This document shows, in pieces, positions 37,326 to 47,600 of a stretch of 64,000 nucleotides of DNA. The notes beneath the pieces are model-generated. The model had not been told where the DNA came from, did not search any database, and saw only the letters and a list, made by a program, of their open reading frames with translations. Location of the stretch: positions 4,784 through 68,783 of the forward strand of contig JAABRR010000010.1 in NCBI GenBank assembly GCA_011390785.1. The letters are read 5' to 3'. A program made the position numbers and the translations under genes. This stretch comes from Sphingobacteriia bacterium (GTDB taxonomy: Bacteria; Bacteroidota; Bacteroidia; Bacteroidales; UBA7960). Within the stretch, counting starts at the first letter, position 1; every line of letters begins with the position of its first letter.

Positions 37326-37904
37326 TTATCGTGGGAATAATATTTTTTCTACATGCTCACAAATAATATGTCCCAGCAAAATATGCGACTCCTGAACACG
37401 AGGGGTATCTTCAGAAGGGACTCTTATCATAAGATGGCAAAGGTCATTTATCTTACCGCCACTGGCGCCAGTAAAGCCAATTACTTTCATTTGTTTTGAG
37501 ATGGCAGAATTAACAGCAGTAATTATGTTTTTGGACTGACCTGATGTTGACAAAGCTACCAGTATATCACCCTCTTTGCCCCATGCTTCTATCATACGGG
37601 CAAAAACAAAATCGAAGCCATAATCATTGGCTACCGCAGTAACAAAGGAGCTGTTAACATGCATGGCTTCAGCCTGTAAAGGGGGTCTGTCGAAATAAAA
37701 TCTGCCAGATAATTCTGCTGCCAAATGCTGGGCATCAGCTGCACTCCCCCCGTTACCACAAAAAAGCACCTTACCTCCGGCTTTATAACAATCAACAATT
37801 AACTCCACAGCCAATTCAAGGGTTTTAAGCAGCTGACTATCGTTAAGTATTTTTTCCTTAACAGATACGGAACTTTTTATGGTTTGCAATATTTCTGAAT
37901 GCAT
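37326..37904 (-). CDS. gmhA: Phosphoheptose isomerase (SIS domain)
   Basis: GNGGSAADAQHLAAELSGRF and LSTSGQSKN. ATG at 37902-37904 avoids overlap with the upstream glycosyltransferase. Confidence 0.85.
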   Translation of the reverse strand: MHSEILQTIKSSVSVKEKILNDSQLLKTLELAVELIVDCYKAGGKVLFCGNGGSAADAQHLAAELSGRFYFDRPPLQAEAMHVNSSFVTAVANDYGFDFVFARMIEAWGKEGDILVALSTSGQSKNIITAVNSAISKQMKVIGFTGASGGKINDLCHLMIRVPSEDTPRVQESHILLGHIICEHVEKILFPR

Positions 37905-37908
37905 GTTT

Positions 37909-39051
37909 TCAGGATTGGGGCTTAGAAACAAAAAATAAGGCATCTACAAGTTCTTTCCACGAGAATCGCTTCTTTTGATTTTCAACTCCTTTGCGAAGTT
38001 CTGCAGATAGATTTTTATTGAAAAACCGAAAAATACCATTGGCTACACTTTTGGCATCAGGTTTAACAACAATCCCGGAAACCATGTGAGGAACCATTTC
38101 GGGCAATGCCCCTACGTTGGTAACTACCATAGGTACACCATAATGATAGGCTACTTGGGTAACACCACTCTGACTGGCATCTTTATAGGGCTGTACGACC
38201 AGATCGCTGGCGCAAAAATAGGCCGCTACCTTTTCATTGGAAATAAAATGAGTGTGCATCACAAGTTTATTACTCAGGCTTTTCTCCCTGATAATTTTCA
38301 CGTACTCCTGATCTGACGAATAATATTCACCAGCAACAATAAGCTTTAATGGCAGATCATCAAGAATAGGATCACCCATTGCTTCCAGCAGAATATCGAG
38401 TCCTTTGTATTCTCTTATAAAACCAAAAAACAAGATATACTTGTAATCGGGAGAAAGTTTTAGTTTGGATAGAGCTTCTTCGCGCGAAATTTTATCACCA
38501 AAATTATCATATAAAGGGTGCGGGGAGTAGATACGGGGTTTATTGCCGGGCTCAAACTCTTCCAGCTCCTTCAGTACAGATTTACTTAGAGTTACATAAC
38601 CATCACTTTTCTTAAGATAATAACGGGTAAGCAGGTTGTCGCCCACTCTTTTTTCATGTGGTAAAATATTATCGGCAATGGTTACCACCCTGGTTTTTCT
38701 ATTCTTCCTGGCGATGCCGGCTATTGTTCCCAGGCATGGGGCCATAAAAGGGATCCAATATCTTACAATGAGCATGTCGGCATTTTCGCGTTTTATTTCA
38801 TAACCCACTTTAATCCAGTTAAATGGATTAATGCTGTTTACTCTAACCTTAATATTGATTGCTTTAGGTGCCGGTCTGATAGCATACTGGGTTTTCCCTG
38901 GAAAAAACAATGATGGGTACTGGAGTGAAAAAGTGTAAATGATAACTTCATGACCCAGGTCCTGAAATTCCTGAGCCAATCTCTCGTTAAAAGTGGTAAG
39001 TCCCCCAGCTCTTAAAGGATATGCTGAACCTAGTATAATAATTTTTGCCAA
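37909..39051 (-). CDS. Glycosyltransferase, GT4 (GT-B fold) family
   Basis: 380 aa. MAKIIILGSAYPLRAGGLTTF N-terminus and a C-terminal donor-binding region (PYKDASQSGVTQVAYHYGVPMVVT). Confidence 0.78.
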   Translation of the reverse strand: MAKIIILGSAYPLRAGGLTTFNERLAQEFQDLGHEVIIYTFSLQYPSLFFPGKTQYAIRPAPKAINIKVRVNSINPFNWIKVGYEIKRENADMLIVRYWIPFMAPCLGTIAGIARKNRKTRVVTIADNILPHEKRVGDNLLTRYYLKKSDGYVTLSKSVLKELEEFEPGNKPRIYSPHPLYDNFGDKISREEALSKLKLSPDYKYILFFGFIREYKGLDILLEAMGDPILDDLPLKLIVAGEYYSSDQEYVKIIREKSLSNKLVMHTHFISNEKVAAYFCASDLVVQPYKDASQSGVTQVAYHYGVPMVVTNVGALPEMVPHMVSGIVVKPDAKSVANGIFRFFNKNLSAELRKGVENQKKRFSWKELVDALFFVSKPQS

Positions 39052-39986
39052 TTCTCTTCGGTTGTTTTTGATATTAAATATTTGTTCCTGTCGGGCCAGT
39101 TCCGCGAGATCAATTCTCCCAAAAAGCCGGCCACAAATAGTTGTGTACCCAAAATCATTGCCAGAAGACCAAAATAGAACAGCGGTCGTTCGGTCATGTT
39201 GTATTCCATCCAGAAAAACTTCGCAAAGGCAAGGTAAAAGGCTATGGCGAAACCAAAAGTAAAAAGTATGGTGCCAAGAAAACCAAATAAATGCATGGGT
39301 TTTCGGCCAAAGCGGGAAACAAATGTTATTGAAATGAGATCAAGAAATCCATTAACAAACCTTTCAAGACCAAATTTTGTAGTACCATATTTACGCTTTT
39401 GATGGGCTACCTTTTTTTCACCAATCTTTTTATACCCGGCCCATTTGGCTATTACGGGAATATATCGGTGCATTTCTCCGTAAACATCTATGCTTTTAAT
39501 TACCTCAGACCGATAGGCTTTTAGTCCGCAGTTAAAATCGTGTAGTTTAATGCCTGTAGAAACCCGGGTGGCCCAGTTGTATAATTTTGTAGGGAGTGTT
39601 TTTGAAATCGGATCTTTTCTGTTCTTCTTCCAACCACTTACCAGGTCGTATTGTCCTGAATCTATCATTTCATATAATTCAGGAATTTCATCGGGGCTAT
39701 CCTGCAAATCAGCATCCATGGTGATAACCACCCTGCCCAAAGTCTGCTTAAAACCTACATTAAGAGCAGCCGATTTGCCATAATTTCGCTGCAAACAAAT
39801 ACCCTTCACAATAGAAAACTCATTCTTCAGATTTTCGATTACCTGCCATGAACTATCTGTGCTGCCATCATCAATCAGGATAACTTCAGTTGAATACCTG
39901 TTTCGGGTAACACGATCTATCCATGCTACCAATTCCGGAAGAGACTCTTCTTCATTCAATAAAGGTATAATAACCGATAAATCCAT
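39030..39986 (-). CDS. Glycosyltransferase family 2, polyprenyl-phosphate sugar transferase type (two C-terminal TM helices)
   Basis: LSVIIPLLNEEESL, IDDGSTD and MDADLQD (DxD motif). C-terminal hydrophobic helices as in DPM1/ArnC-like enzymes. Confidence 0.82.
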   Translation of the reverse strand: MDLSVIIPLLNEEESLPELVAWIDRVTRNRYSTEVILIDDGSTDSSWQVIENLKNEFSIVKGICLQRNYGKSAALNVGFKQTLGRVVITMDADLQDSPDEIPELYEMIDSGQYDLVSGWKKNRKDPISKTLPTKLYNWATRVSTGIKLHDFNCGLKAYRSEVIKSIDVYGEMHRYIPVIAKWAGYKKIGEKKVAHQKRKYGTTKFGLERFVNGFLDLISITFVSRFGRKPMHLFGFLGTILFTFGFAIAFYLAFAKFFWMEYNMTERPLFYFGLLAMILGTQLFVAGFLGELISRNWPDRNKYLISKTTEENWQKLLY

Positions 39987-40240
39987 CTTAATTAGCCATT
40001 TAGATTGATGTTTCATTCATTGGAAATGGAAGGGGCAAATTTACAAATTTTAATGCGGATGATTCAACCCAATCTTAAGTAATTCAAGTTTATTTCAGAA
40101 TATTGGAATTTACTTTAAAAATTAAAATTTACTTTTGCACCTCATTATAAAAACAATAAGCTATATCAACCGTTTAGCCTATGTTTTTATTGAAATACCC
40201 TTTTTATCCAAAAAAAACTTATCAAATATTTCATTATTAC

Positions 40241-41590
40241 ATGCGAGATCTTACCCAGGGCCCGGAAGGAAAACAAATATTGATATTTGCTCTGCCTATG
40301 CTTTTAGGTAATGTATTTCAGCAACTTTATTATATCGTAGATACGCTTATTATTGGACACTATCTGGGGACTGAAGCACTTGCCTCTGCAGGAGCATCTT
40401 TTCCTGTAATTTTTGTGCTTATAAGCTTAATGATAGGCATTACTACGGGAATTAATGTAGTTATCAGTCAGTTTTTTGGAAATAAGAACTTCGAAAAGGT
40501 AAAACGCTCTATTGATACAGCTTTTATTTTTCTATTTCTTTCTTCCATAGGCTTGTCTGTTTTAGGATTGGTTTTCAGTAAACAGATCTTTGTTTTGATT
40601 GGACTTCCACAAGAGCTCATGGCTGATGCTGTAAAATACTTCAATGTTTATGTTGCAGGACTAATTTTCATGTCAGGATATAACGGAGTTAGTGCAATAC
40701 TAAGGGGTATGGGTGATTCAAAAACCCCACTATATTTTTTAATAATTTCCACTTTTCTTAATATTGGTTTTGACCTTCTTTTCGTAGCTGTTTTCGAATG
40801 GGGTATAGAAGGAATTTCTTTTGCAACGGTTTTAGCTCAAGCAATAGCCTTCGGACTTTCAGTTATTTACCTAAATCGCTATCACCCTCTTATTCAGTTT
40901 AGTTTTAAAGGTTTGAGCTTTGATAAGGAAATTTTTAGGCAAAGTTTGCGAATAGGCATACCTACGGGATTACAACATACCTTTGTTTCTTTAGGTATGG
41001 CAGCACTTATGTCTATCGTAAATATGTTTGGAACGCCTACCATTGCTGCTTATTCCATTGCATGGCGCATAGACTCCTTTGCTACATTGCCTGCTATGAA
41101 TTTTGGTATGGCACTTTCTACTTTTGTAGGGCAAAATATAGGCGCCAATAAAATTGAGAGAGTTAGAAAAGGATTAATTGCAACATTAATCATGAATTCA
41201 TCTTTTTCGATTATTGTAACTGTAATAGCATGGATATATGGTAGGACTTTAATGGGTTTCTTTACTGATGACCAAATTGTTATTAATATGGGATATGATT
41301 ATTTGGTAATAGTAAGTTCTTTTTATATTGTTTTCGGAGCCATGTTTGTTATGCACGGAACTCTCCGTGGCGCAGGCGATACGCTAATACCAATGTTTAT
41401 TACCCTTTTTTCACTTTGGGTTTTAAGAGTGCCTTTCTCCTATTTTTTATCATTAAAAATGGGCGAGGTTGGCATATGGTGGGGAATTCCTATTGCCTGG
41501 GTTTTTGGGTTTGTAGCATCTCTTATCTATTATAAAACAGGAAGATGGAAACAGAAGGCTGTTGTAAAGCATAAGAATTCAGATTCCTAA
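40241..41590 (+). CDS. MATE-family efflux transporter
   Basis: About 450 aa with 12 predicted TM segments. ILIFALPMLLGNVFQQLYYIVDTLIIGHYLG is a typical MATE N-terminus. ATG at 40241 preferred over 40181. Confidence 0.85.
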   Translation: MRDLTQGPEGKQILIFALPMLLGNVFQQLYYIVDTLIIGHYLGTEALASAGASFPVIFVLISLMIGITTGINVVISQFFGNKNFEKVKRSIDTAFIFLFLSSIGLSVLGLVFSKQIFVLIGLPQELMADAVKYFNVYVAGLIFMSGYNGVSAILRGMGDSKTPLYFLIISTFLNIGFDLLFVAVFEWGIEGISFATVLAQAIAFGLSVIYLNRYHPLIQFSFKGLSFDKEIFRQSLRIGIPTGLQHTFVSLGMAALMSIVNMFGTPTIAAYSIAWRIDSFATLPAMNFGMALSTFVGQNIGANKIERVRKGLIATLIMNSSFSIIVTVIAWIYGRTLMGFFTDDQIVINMGYDYLVIVSSFYIVFGAMFVMHGTLRGAGDTLIPMFITLFSLWVLRVPFSYFLSLKMGEVGIWWGIPIAWVFGFVASLIYYKTGRWKQKAVVKHKNSDS

Positions 41591-41678
41591 AAGATAATGC
41601 CTGTAATTAATTCTGTTTTCAATAGCTTTTCCATCAGGCAGGAAATATGATATCGTTTTAAAAATCTTAAAGAATTTT

Positions 41679-41709
41679 ATTGCAAACTAAGAAAATACTC
41701 TTAAATTTG
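41679..41709 (+). promoter_or_regulatory. Candidate Bacteroidetes-type promoter for tRNA-Arg
   Basis: ATTG at 41679-41682, a 19-nt spacer, then TAAATTTG (TAnnTTTG) at 41702-41709. The tRNA starts 19 nt downstream. Confidence 0.35.
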
Positions 41710-41727
41710 CACTCGCAATTACGACAA

Positions 41728-41801
41728 GGCTCCGTAGCTCAACTGAATAGAGTATCTGACTACGGATCAGAAGGTTCCAGGTTTGAATCCTGGCGGAGTC
41801 A
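41728..41801 (+). tRNA. tRNA-Arg (anticodon ACG)
   Basis: Hand-folded cloverleaf. Acceptor GGCTCCG/CGGAGTC (one G-U pair), D-stem GCTC/GAGT, anticodon stem TCTGA/TCAGA with loop CTACGGA, T-stem CCAGG/CCTGG. 74 nt, with no encoded CCA. Confidence 0.9.
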
Positions 41802-41814
41802 CTAAAAATTAAAG

Positions 41815-41846
41815 GGTTACAAAATGTTTTTTGTAACCTTTTTTTG
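41815..41846 (+). terminator. Rho-independent terminator after tRNA-Arg
   Basis: GGTTACAAAA-tgtt-TTTTGTAACC (perfect 10-bp stem) followed by T7. Confidence 0.7.
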
Positions 41847-41901
41847 TTTTGCAACCTACCCTGTTGAATGAAGCAAATTTATCAGTACAGATTTTCTAGA
41901 T

Positions 41902-41938
41902 AAAAAAATCTTCTTTCATAATGAAGATTTTATCTTTT
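41902..41938 (-). terminator. Probable intrinsic terminator downstream of dapA
   Basis: AAATCTTC-9 nt-GAAGATTT (8-bp stem), flanked by an A-run on the plus strand, which reads as a U-tract on the minus strand. About 100 nt after the dapA stop. Confidence 0.45.
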
Positions 41939-42035
41939 TAAACTGTATAGCACATCGTGAGCACTAATATTTTCTATAAGCCATGCAGGCAATTTATTAA
42001 GGTTGAATATGTTTAAAGATCAAAATTACAGTAAC

Positions 42036-42926
42036 TTAAAATATTTCATTTATTGCATTTAGCAGATTGTATACTGCCTTGTTTGCTTTAGCCAACGGTA
42101 GCCTTACATTGTTTTTGGCCAGGCCTCTGATTTCGAGTAGTGCTTTGATGCCTGATGGACTTCCATCAGCATAAATAGCTTCAATAACCGACATTAGTTT
42201 AAAACTAATTTCCCGTGCCTTAACATAATCGTTTTCCAGGCATGCATTAACCATTTGAGAAAATTCTTTGGGTAAGGCATTGGCAATTACAGAAATAACA
42301 CCATCGCCCCCTAATGACATAAAAGGTAACGTAAGAGCATCATCTCCAGAAATTACCAGAAAATCTTCCGGTCTCTCTTTAATAATTTTTGCACATTGGG
42401 CCAGATTTCCAGATGCTTCTTTAATTCCTAATATATTAGGCACCTCATGAGCTATTTTTAAGGTTGTTTCAGCATCTAGATTTGATCCTGTGCGGGAAGG
42501 TACATTATACAAAATTACAGGCACAGGACTTTCACCTGCAATCATCTTGTAATGGTTGTATATTCCCTTTGGTTGTGGCTTATTATAATAAGGACTTACT
42601 GATAGTATTGCTGTAATATCTGAAAGATCAGTATTTTTAATTTGATTAATTATACTTCTGGTATTGTTTCCACCAATGCCCATAACCACAGGAACCCTTT
42701 CTTCAACAACTTCAAGACCACAATGTAATATGGCATTTTTCTCGTCTTCATTAAGGGTAACTGATTCTCCGGTAGTGCCCAAAAATACAATATAGTCAAC
42801 TCCACCTTCTATTTGATAGTTGATAAGATTTTCAAAAGATTTAAAATCTATGCTCCCCTCTCTATGAAAAGGTGTTACAATAGCAACACCAGTGCCAACA
42901 AGTTCTTTATTCGTTTTTTTGATCAT
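42036..42926 (-). CDS. dapA: 4-hydroxy-tetrahydrodipicolinate synthase
   Basis: VAIVTPF...FLGTTGESVTL...YNVPSRTG are classic DapA motifs. Confidence 0.92.
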   Translation of the reverse strand: MIKKTNKELVGTGVAIVTPFHREGSIDFKSFENLINYQIEGGVDYIVFLGTTGESVTLNEDEKNAILHCGLEVVEERVPVVMGIGGNNTRSIINQIKNTDLSDITAILSVSPYYNKPQPKGIYNHYKMIAGESPVPVILYNVPSRTGSNLDAETTLKIAHEVPNILGIKEASGNLAQCAKIIKERPEDFLVISGDDALTLPFMSLGGDGVISVIANALPKEFSQMVNACLENDYVKAREISFKLMSVIEAIYADGSPSGIKALLEIRGLAKNNVRLPLAKANKAVYNLLNAINEIF

Positions 42927-43467
42927 TATTAATCATTTTAAGGTAATAGAAAACATGCTCAATAATTTGTTTCAGTGAATTATTTTCGTCAACCTGCAAC
43001 ATTAAATCATAAAGGTCAACATATTTATCTGCATATATACCACTGCGCATTTGAGGCTTTGATAAGGCCATTAAATATTTAACATGATAAAATGAAGAAG
43101 GTGTCAGATCAATTAAGACATCATAATTTGAATTAATGAAGTCTTTTACATTCTGCTTACCAGGTTTTTGATTCCATAAAAAACATTTTTTATCACAAAA
43201 TTCAAAGGTAAGTTGAGAGAAACAATGATTCGGCATTTTTTTTTGGGTAAAATAACCAAGTGTTTTTACTTTCTTCTGGTCTTGAATGAGTTCCTTTACA
43301 AGTATAGAAATTTGTTTGTAATTTTCTTCCAGGGAAGCATCATATATAATGCCTATAGATTCAATCTGACTATAACCCAATAAACTTTTTTGTCTTGAAA
43401 TGCCTTTCTCAGCTCTTTTAAGAAACCAAAACCTCACAGCACCAATTAATTCAGTATATATTTTCAC
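42907..43467 (-). CDS. Conserved hypothetical protein, overlapping the dapA start by 20 nt
   Basis: 186-aa ORF with a coding-like composition and no recognisable motif. Confidence 0.55.
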   Translation of the reverse strand: MKIYTELIGAVRFWFLKRAEKGISRQKSLLGYSQIESIGIIYDASLEENYKQISILVKELIQDQKKVKTLGYFTQKKMPNHCFSQLTFEFCDKKCFLWNQKPGKQNVKDFINSNYDVLIDLTPSSFYHVKYLMALSKPQMRSGIYADKYVDLYDLMLQVDENNSLKQIIEHVFYYLKMINNDQKNE

Positions 43468-43537
43468 AAAATCGTGTTATTATGTTATATTTTCCAGCCT
43501 GTTATAATCCTGTAACAAAAATAGTAAAATAACCGGG

Positions 43538-44050
43538 TTATTCTTTCATTCTGGCACTTGTTATAAGACCAAAATAAACATAATGGTAATCGTTATGCTT
43601 ATAGTGCGAATCAATTTTTGAATCAATGAAACCTTCTGGTTTAATGCGATCTTTATAGAGTTTTTTACATTCCAAAACTAAACGAGACTCTTTAAAATAA
43701 ATATTATTATTTTTTGTTTCTAAAGCGCTTAAATTATCTACAGACATTTTATCTATTTCTCTGCCAGATTTTGTGCCCATTTCAGTTAAAATACTGTGAA
43801 AGGATTTATCGAAAAAATTCAATGAAAAGAAATCAGAACCTTCCAAAAATTGGTAGGTAAATCTTTGAGGACGAACAAAAATAAAGACAACGGGTTTATT
43901 CCACAAAATACCTAAACCTCCCCAGCTGGCTGTCATCATATTATAATTATCTCTGTTTCCAGCACAAATAAGCATCCACTCATTACCGATTAGTTTAAAA
44001 ACGTTTTCATTTAGCTGATAAGGGTCAATTTCTCTGAAATTTTCTTTCAT
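43538..44050 (-). CDS. Flavin reductase-like (FMN-binding split-barrel) protein
   Basis: 170 aa. LIGNEWMLICAG...NMMTASWGGLG...VFIFVRPQR resembles the flavin reductase domain family. Confidence 0.62.
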   Translation of the reverse strand: MKENFREIDPYQLNENVFKLIGNEWMLICAGNRDNYNMMTASWGGLGILWNKPVVFIFVRPQRFTYQFLEGSDFFSLNFFDKSFHSILTEMGTKSGREIDKMSVDNLSALETKNNNIYFKESRLVLECKKLYKDRIKPEGFIDSKIDSHYKHNDYHYVYFGLITSARMKE

Positions 44051-44320
44051 AAAAGGGGTTTTTCAAAATAAAAATTGGTAATTAAAGATAATATTTTGCG
44101 AAAGTAACCAAATTAAAATTGTTAATAAAATATTGAGAAAATCATTGAATGCGGATTTGCTTATTCTTATATATAATCTTTCATACTTAACACCCGAATA
44201 AGTTTAAAAGACGATTTTAAAAAATATCTTTAAAATAAACAACCAGGGTATTCTTATCAAGATGTATGATATGAGATGGAGGCAAGAACATTAATAACTT
44301 ATTTTTGTTTTTTAGTATTG

Positions 44321-45094
44321 ATGAAGTTAAAGATAACAATACTGGGAACAGGCACTTCACAGGGAGTTCCTGTAATTGCATGCGAGTGTCCTGTTTGCCA
44401 AAGTAATGATTCTTATGATAAACGCCTTCGTAGTGCTGTTTTGATTGAAACACCCGGAAATAATTTCGTAATTGATGCAGGTCCTGACTTCAGGCAGCAA
44501 ATGCTTAGAGAGCATGTTAAAAGGGTTGATGCAATTCTAATAACACATGATCATAAAGATCATATTGCCGGAATTGATGATGTAAGAGCGTTTAACTGGA
44601 TATTAAAACTACCCATGAAAATTTATGGCCGCTCGCAAGCCTTAAAAACAATCGAAAAGGACTTTTCTTATGCTTTTCAAAAAAATAAGTATCCCGGAGT
44701 TCCCGAGATAAATTTACATCCTATAAAAAATAAGCCATTTACTATTAATGGAGATTTGATTATACCCATTTATGCAATTCACGGTAAAATGACGGTTACC
44801 GGTTTTAGAATAGGCGATTTTTCTTATCTTACCGATGCAAGTGTTATTGATCCTAAAGAAATGGATAAAATGAAAGGTAGTAAATGTATTATTATTAATG
44901 GTTTAAGAAAAGAATCACACCATTCACACTTTAATCTTGACCAGGCGGTGGAATTATTACAGATGCTAAATCCAGAATATGGATATATTACTCATATCAG
45001 TCATCAGATGGGTTTTCATCGTGAAATTAATAAAACATTACCAAAAGGTATTGCACTAGCCCATGATGGATTAGAAATAAACCTTGATAAATAA
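44321..45094 (+). CDS. MBL-fold metallo-hydrolase (PhnP-like), paralogue of 1005-1769
   Basis: MKLKITILGTGTSQGVPVIACECPVCQS...ITHDHKDHIAGIDD. By eye it is roughly 45-50% identical to the other copy. Confidence 0.8.
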   Translation: MKLKITILGTGTSQGVPVIACECPVCQSNDSYDKRLRSAVLIETPGNNFVIDAGPDFRQQMLREHVKRVDAILITHDHKDHIAGIDDVRAFNWILKLPMKIYGRSQALKTIEKDFSYAFQKNKYPGVPEINLHPIKNKPFTINGDLIIPIYAIHGKMTVTGFRIGDFSYLTDASVIDPKEMDKMKGSKCIIINGLRKESHHSHFNLDQAVELLQMLNPEYGYITHISHQMGFHREINKTLPKGIALAHDGLEINLDK

Positions 45095-45122
45095 TCAGGA
45101 TGACTAATTTCTTTCTAATATG

Positions 45123-46772
45123 CTACTCTTCTGAATTAAGAATCATCACATTTTTTAATACCATCTGGTTAAGAGGATTGATTTGCATACCTTTTACAGA
45201 ATGGGGTATAAACCGGACTGATTGATCATAAAATAATGGAACTATAGGAGCTTCTGCAATAATAATACTGTCCATTTGGCGATAATAGTTAAACCTTACT
45301 GAATCATTTACTATCGATCTTGACTTTTCATACAGCAGATCAAATAACGGGTTGTAAAACCGAGTATAATTAGGCCCATCCGGAGTATGATTTAATGAAT
45401 AGAATAATGCCAGATAATTTTCTGCATCAGGATAGTCGGCAATCCAGGAGCCTCTAAAAAATGGAACTTCAGCCTTAGCCATTGTTTCCCGCAAAGTAGA
45501 AGGAGGCATAATATTAATTTTTAACTGAATGCCAAAACGAGATAATTCATGTTGGAGATATTGAGAAATATCGGCATACATTGAAGTGGTAGATAACTCA
45601 ACAGGTGGTAAACCTTCACCTTTCGGGAAACCTGCCTCGTAAAGAAGTTGTTCTGTCTTTTTCGGATCGTAAAAATATCCACCGTCGTTTTCAGCAAAAC
45701 CGGGCATTCCCACCGGAACAAAACCAGCATGGGCAGGGGTACCCAGATTATTTTTAAGATACAAAAGCATTTTTTCACGGTCGAAACCGTAATTAATTGC
45801 TTGTCTCACTTTTTTATTATTAAGTTCTGATAAGTTTCCCCTGGCATTTTCGTCTAATGAAAAACCAAGGTACTCTGTATTGAGAAATGCACCGGTAAGC
45901 TTATTAAAACGATGGCTGTAACTTGGATTCAGCTCTCCGGTGGGTGTTAGGAGCTCATCTTTATAAGAAGCATCCACACGGGTTAATATGTCTAAATTTC
46001 CTTTTATAAATTCAAGAAATGCAGTTTGCCTGTCCTGGATAAAGGAAATAGAAACAGCATCCAGATAAGGAAGTTGTTGTTGATTTTCAAATTCAAAGTA
46101 ATTTGGATTTTTACGAAATACAAGTTTAACTCCTTCTTTCCAGTAAGCAAAACTAAAAGGCCCGGTACCTATGGGTTGTTTTCTGAAATCTTGTCCAAAA
46201 AGAACAATAGCCTCTTGCGGAATTACAGAACAATACTGCATGGTAAGAAGACCCAGCATGGGCGGGAAAGGTTCTTTTAAGACGATCTCCAATACAGTAT
46301 CAGAAATTACTGTTATATTAAGGTTTCCATCAATATTGCGATCAACAGAATTCATTACCCATAACCCCGGGGAGTTTAATGTTGGATCAACAAGTCTGGA
46401 AAAACTAAAAACAAAATCCCGGGCAGTTACTCTCCTGCCCTTGCCTTCCGGAAATACTTCATTATCATGAAAAAAGACATCATCTCTTAATATAAAGGAA
46501 TAAATCAAGCCATTATCAGATACTCTCCAGCTTTTTGCAATGGCAGGAACTACCTGCAAATTATTATCCAGCTGGACCAGCCCATTATAAAGTTGAGATG
46601 TAGCCCATATATTAGATTGGTTACGGGCATAAATAGGGTCAAGACTGGTTATATTACCATCTTCATTATATCTGAAAACTGATAAGTGAGATAGATCTTC
46701 AAATGAAGTGTTACACGATATTATAAATGTAAGAGAAACTATAAGAGAATAATGAAGGAACTTAAGATGCAT
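45123..46772 (-). CDS. ABC transporter substrate-binding lipoprotein, family 5 (peptide/nickel type). No permease or ATPase genes are adjacent.
   Basis: 549 aa. Signal ends in FIISC. The length and the segments YNGLVQLD...VPAIAKSW and GTGPF are typical of SBP_bac_5. Confidence 0.8.
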   Translation of the reverse strand: MHLKFLHYSLIVSLTFIISCNTSFEDLSHLSVFRYNEDGNITSLDPIYARNQSNIWATSQLYNGLVQLDNNLQVVPAIAKSWRVSDNGLIYSFILRDDVFFHDNEVFPEGKGRRVTARDFVFSFSRLVDPTLNSPGLWVMNSVDRNIDGNLNITVISDTVLEIVLKEPFPPMLGLLTMQYCSVIPQEAIVLFGQDFRKQPIGTGPFSFAYWKEGVKLVFRKNPNYFEFENQQQLPYLDAVSISFIQDRQTAFLEFIKGNLDILTRVDASYKDELLTPTGELNPSYSHRFNKLTGAFLNTEYLGFSLDENARGNLSELNNKKVRQAINYGFDREKMLLYLKNNLGTPAHAGFVPVGMPGFAENDGGYFYDPKKTEQLLYEAGFPKGEGLPPVELSTTSMYADISQYLQHELSRFGIQLKINIMPPSTLRETMAKAEVPFFRGSWIADYPDAENYLALFYSLNHTPDGPNYTRFYNPLFDLLYEKSRSIVNDSVRFNYYRQMDSIIIAEAPIVPLFYDQSVRFIPHSVKGMQINPLNQMVLKNVMILNSEE

Positions 46773-47016
46773 AAGAATTAATTAATTAATTTTCAGGCTA
46801 TTTGAAATATATACCTATTACTTTTAAAGGCTTTTATAAGCTTCTCTATTTTTATAAATATTATTACATGGGCTGTGTTTTTATTACTTGTCCGACTATT
46901 TACTAATTCTTTATTCGGCTATTTTAATATTTGTATGCAGGGTCTTATAAGCATTTTCTACAAAACCCCTATATTTCAAATTCTTATCTTTTTGCTCATG
47001 TTTAAGGCTGATAAAA

Positions 47017-47463
47017 TTACTCAATTAATTCTTTATAATATTTTTTATAAAGAAATTTACGTGGGTAAAACATTAATAATAAAAACAGGAATAATATGTA
47101 ATTAAGCCAATTACTATTACTTTCATATTCAATATCGTCTATAATAAAGCTTGATTTTTCTCCTTTTGCAACAACCCGGTGTATATGTTTCCAAAAAGTA
47201 ATACCAAAAGGCACTTTTAGCCCTCTGTCAATAAAACCATACTCTTTGTTATGTAGCCAGGATTCTTTAATAATTACTTTCCAGTTAGGAATAAAAGGCA
47301 AATTAAAACGGATTTCGATAATGTCTCCAGGGTTTTGACCTTCATAACGCTCTATACCAGCCAAATTAAAAGGTGGAAGCAAAAACTTGAACAAACTTTC
47401 ATTAAAATTCTTATGAACGATTGCGAGTGGTTTTTCAATAGTTGTAACGAGTCTGATTTTCAT
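47017..47463 (-). CDS. Hypothetical protein, possibly SRPBCC-fold, with a C-terminal TM anchor
   Basis: 148 aa with a hydrophobic C-terminus (WLNYILFLFLLLMFY). Weak resemblance only. Confidence 0.45.
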   Translation of the reverse strand: MKIRLVTTIEKPLAIVHKNFNESLFKFLLPPFNLAGIERYEGQNPGDIIEIRFNLPFIPNWKVIIKESWLHNKEYGFIDRGLKVPFGITFWKHIHRVVAKGEKSSFIIDDIEYESNSNWLNYILFLFLLLMFYPRKFLYKKYYKELIE

Positions 47464-47600
47464 TTGTTTACTTTTTGATTAAATAGGTCGTAAACATCGC
47501 ATATTATAGATTTTTACAGCCAAAAGTAAAACCAAAATAAATCTAACTGGTTTAATTATTATGGGTATAAAATTGAACAAAACTGGAATCGAAAAAAACA

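Noticed and set aside
41728-42035. Genomic island or prophage integrated at tRNA-Arg
   Set aside because: There is no integrase, no direct repeat of the tRNA 3' end, and the neighbouring genes on both sides are housekeeping genes (MATE pump, dapA).
46781-46800. (AATT)n microsatellite-like run next to the SBP gene start
   Set aside because: It has only about four units in AT-rich intergenic DNA, which is consistent with chance or promoter-region composition.
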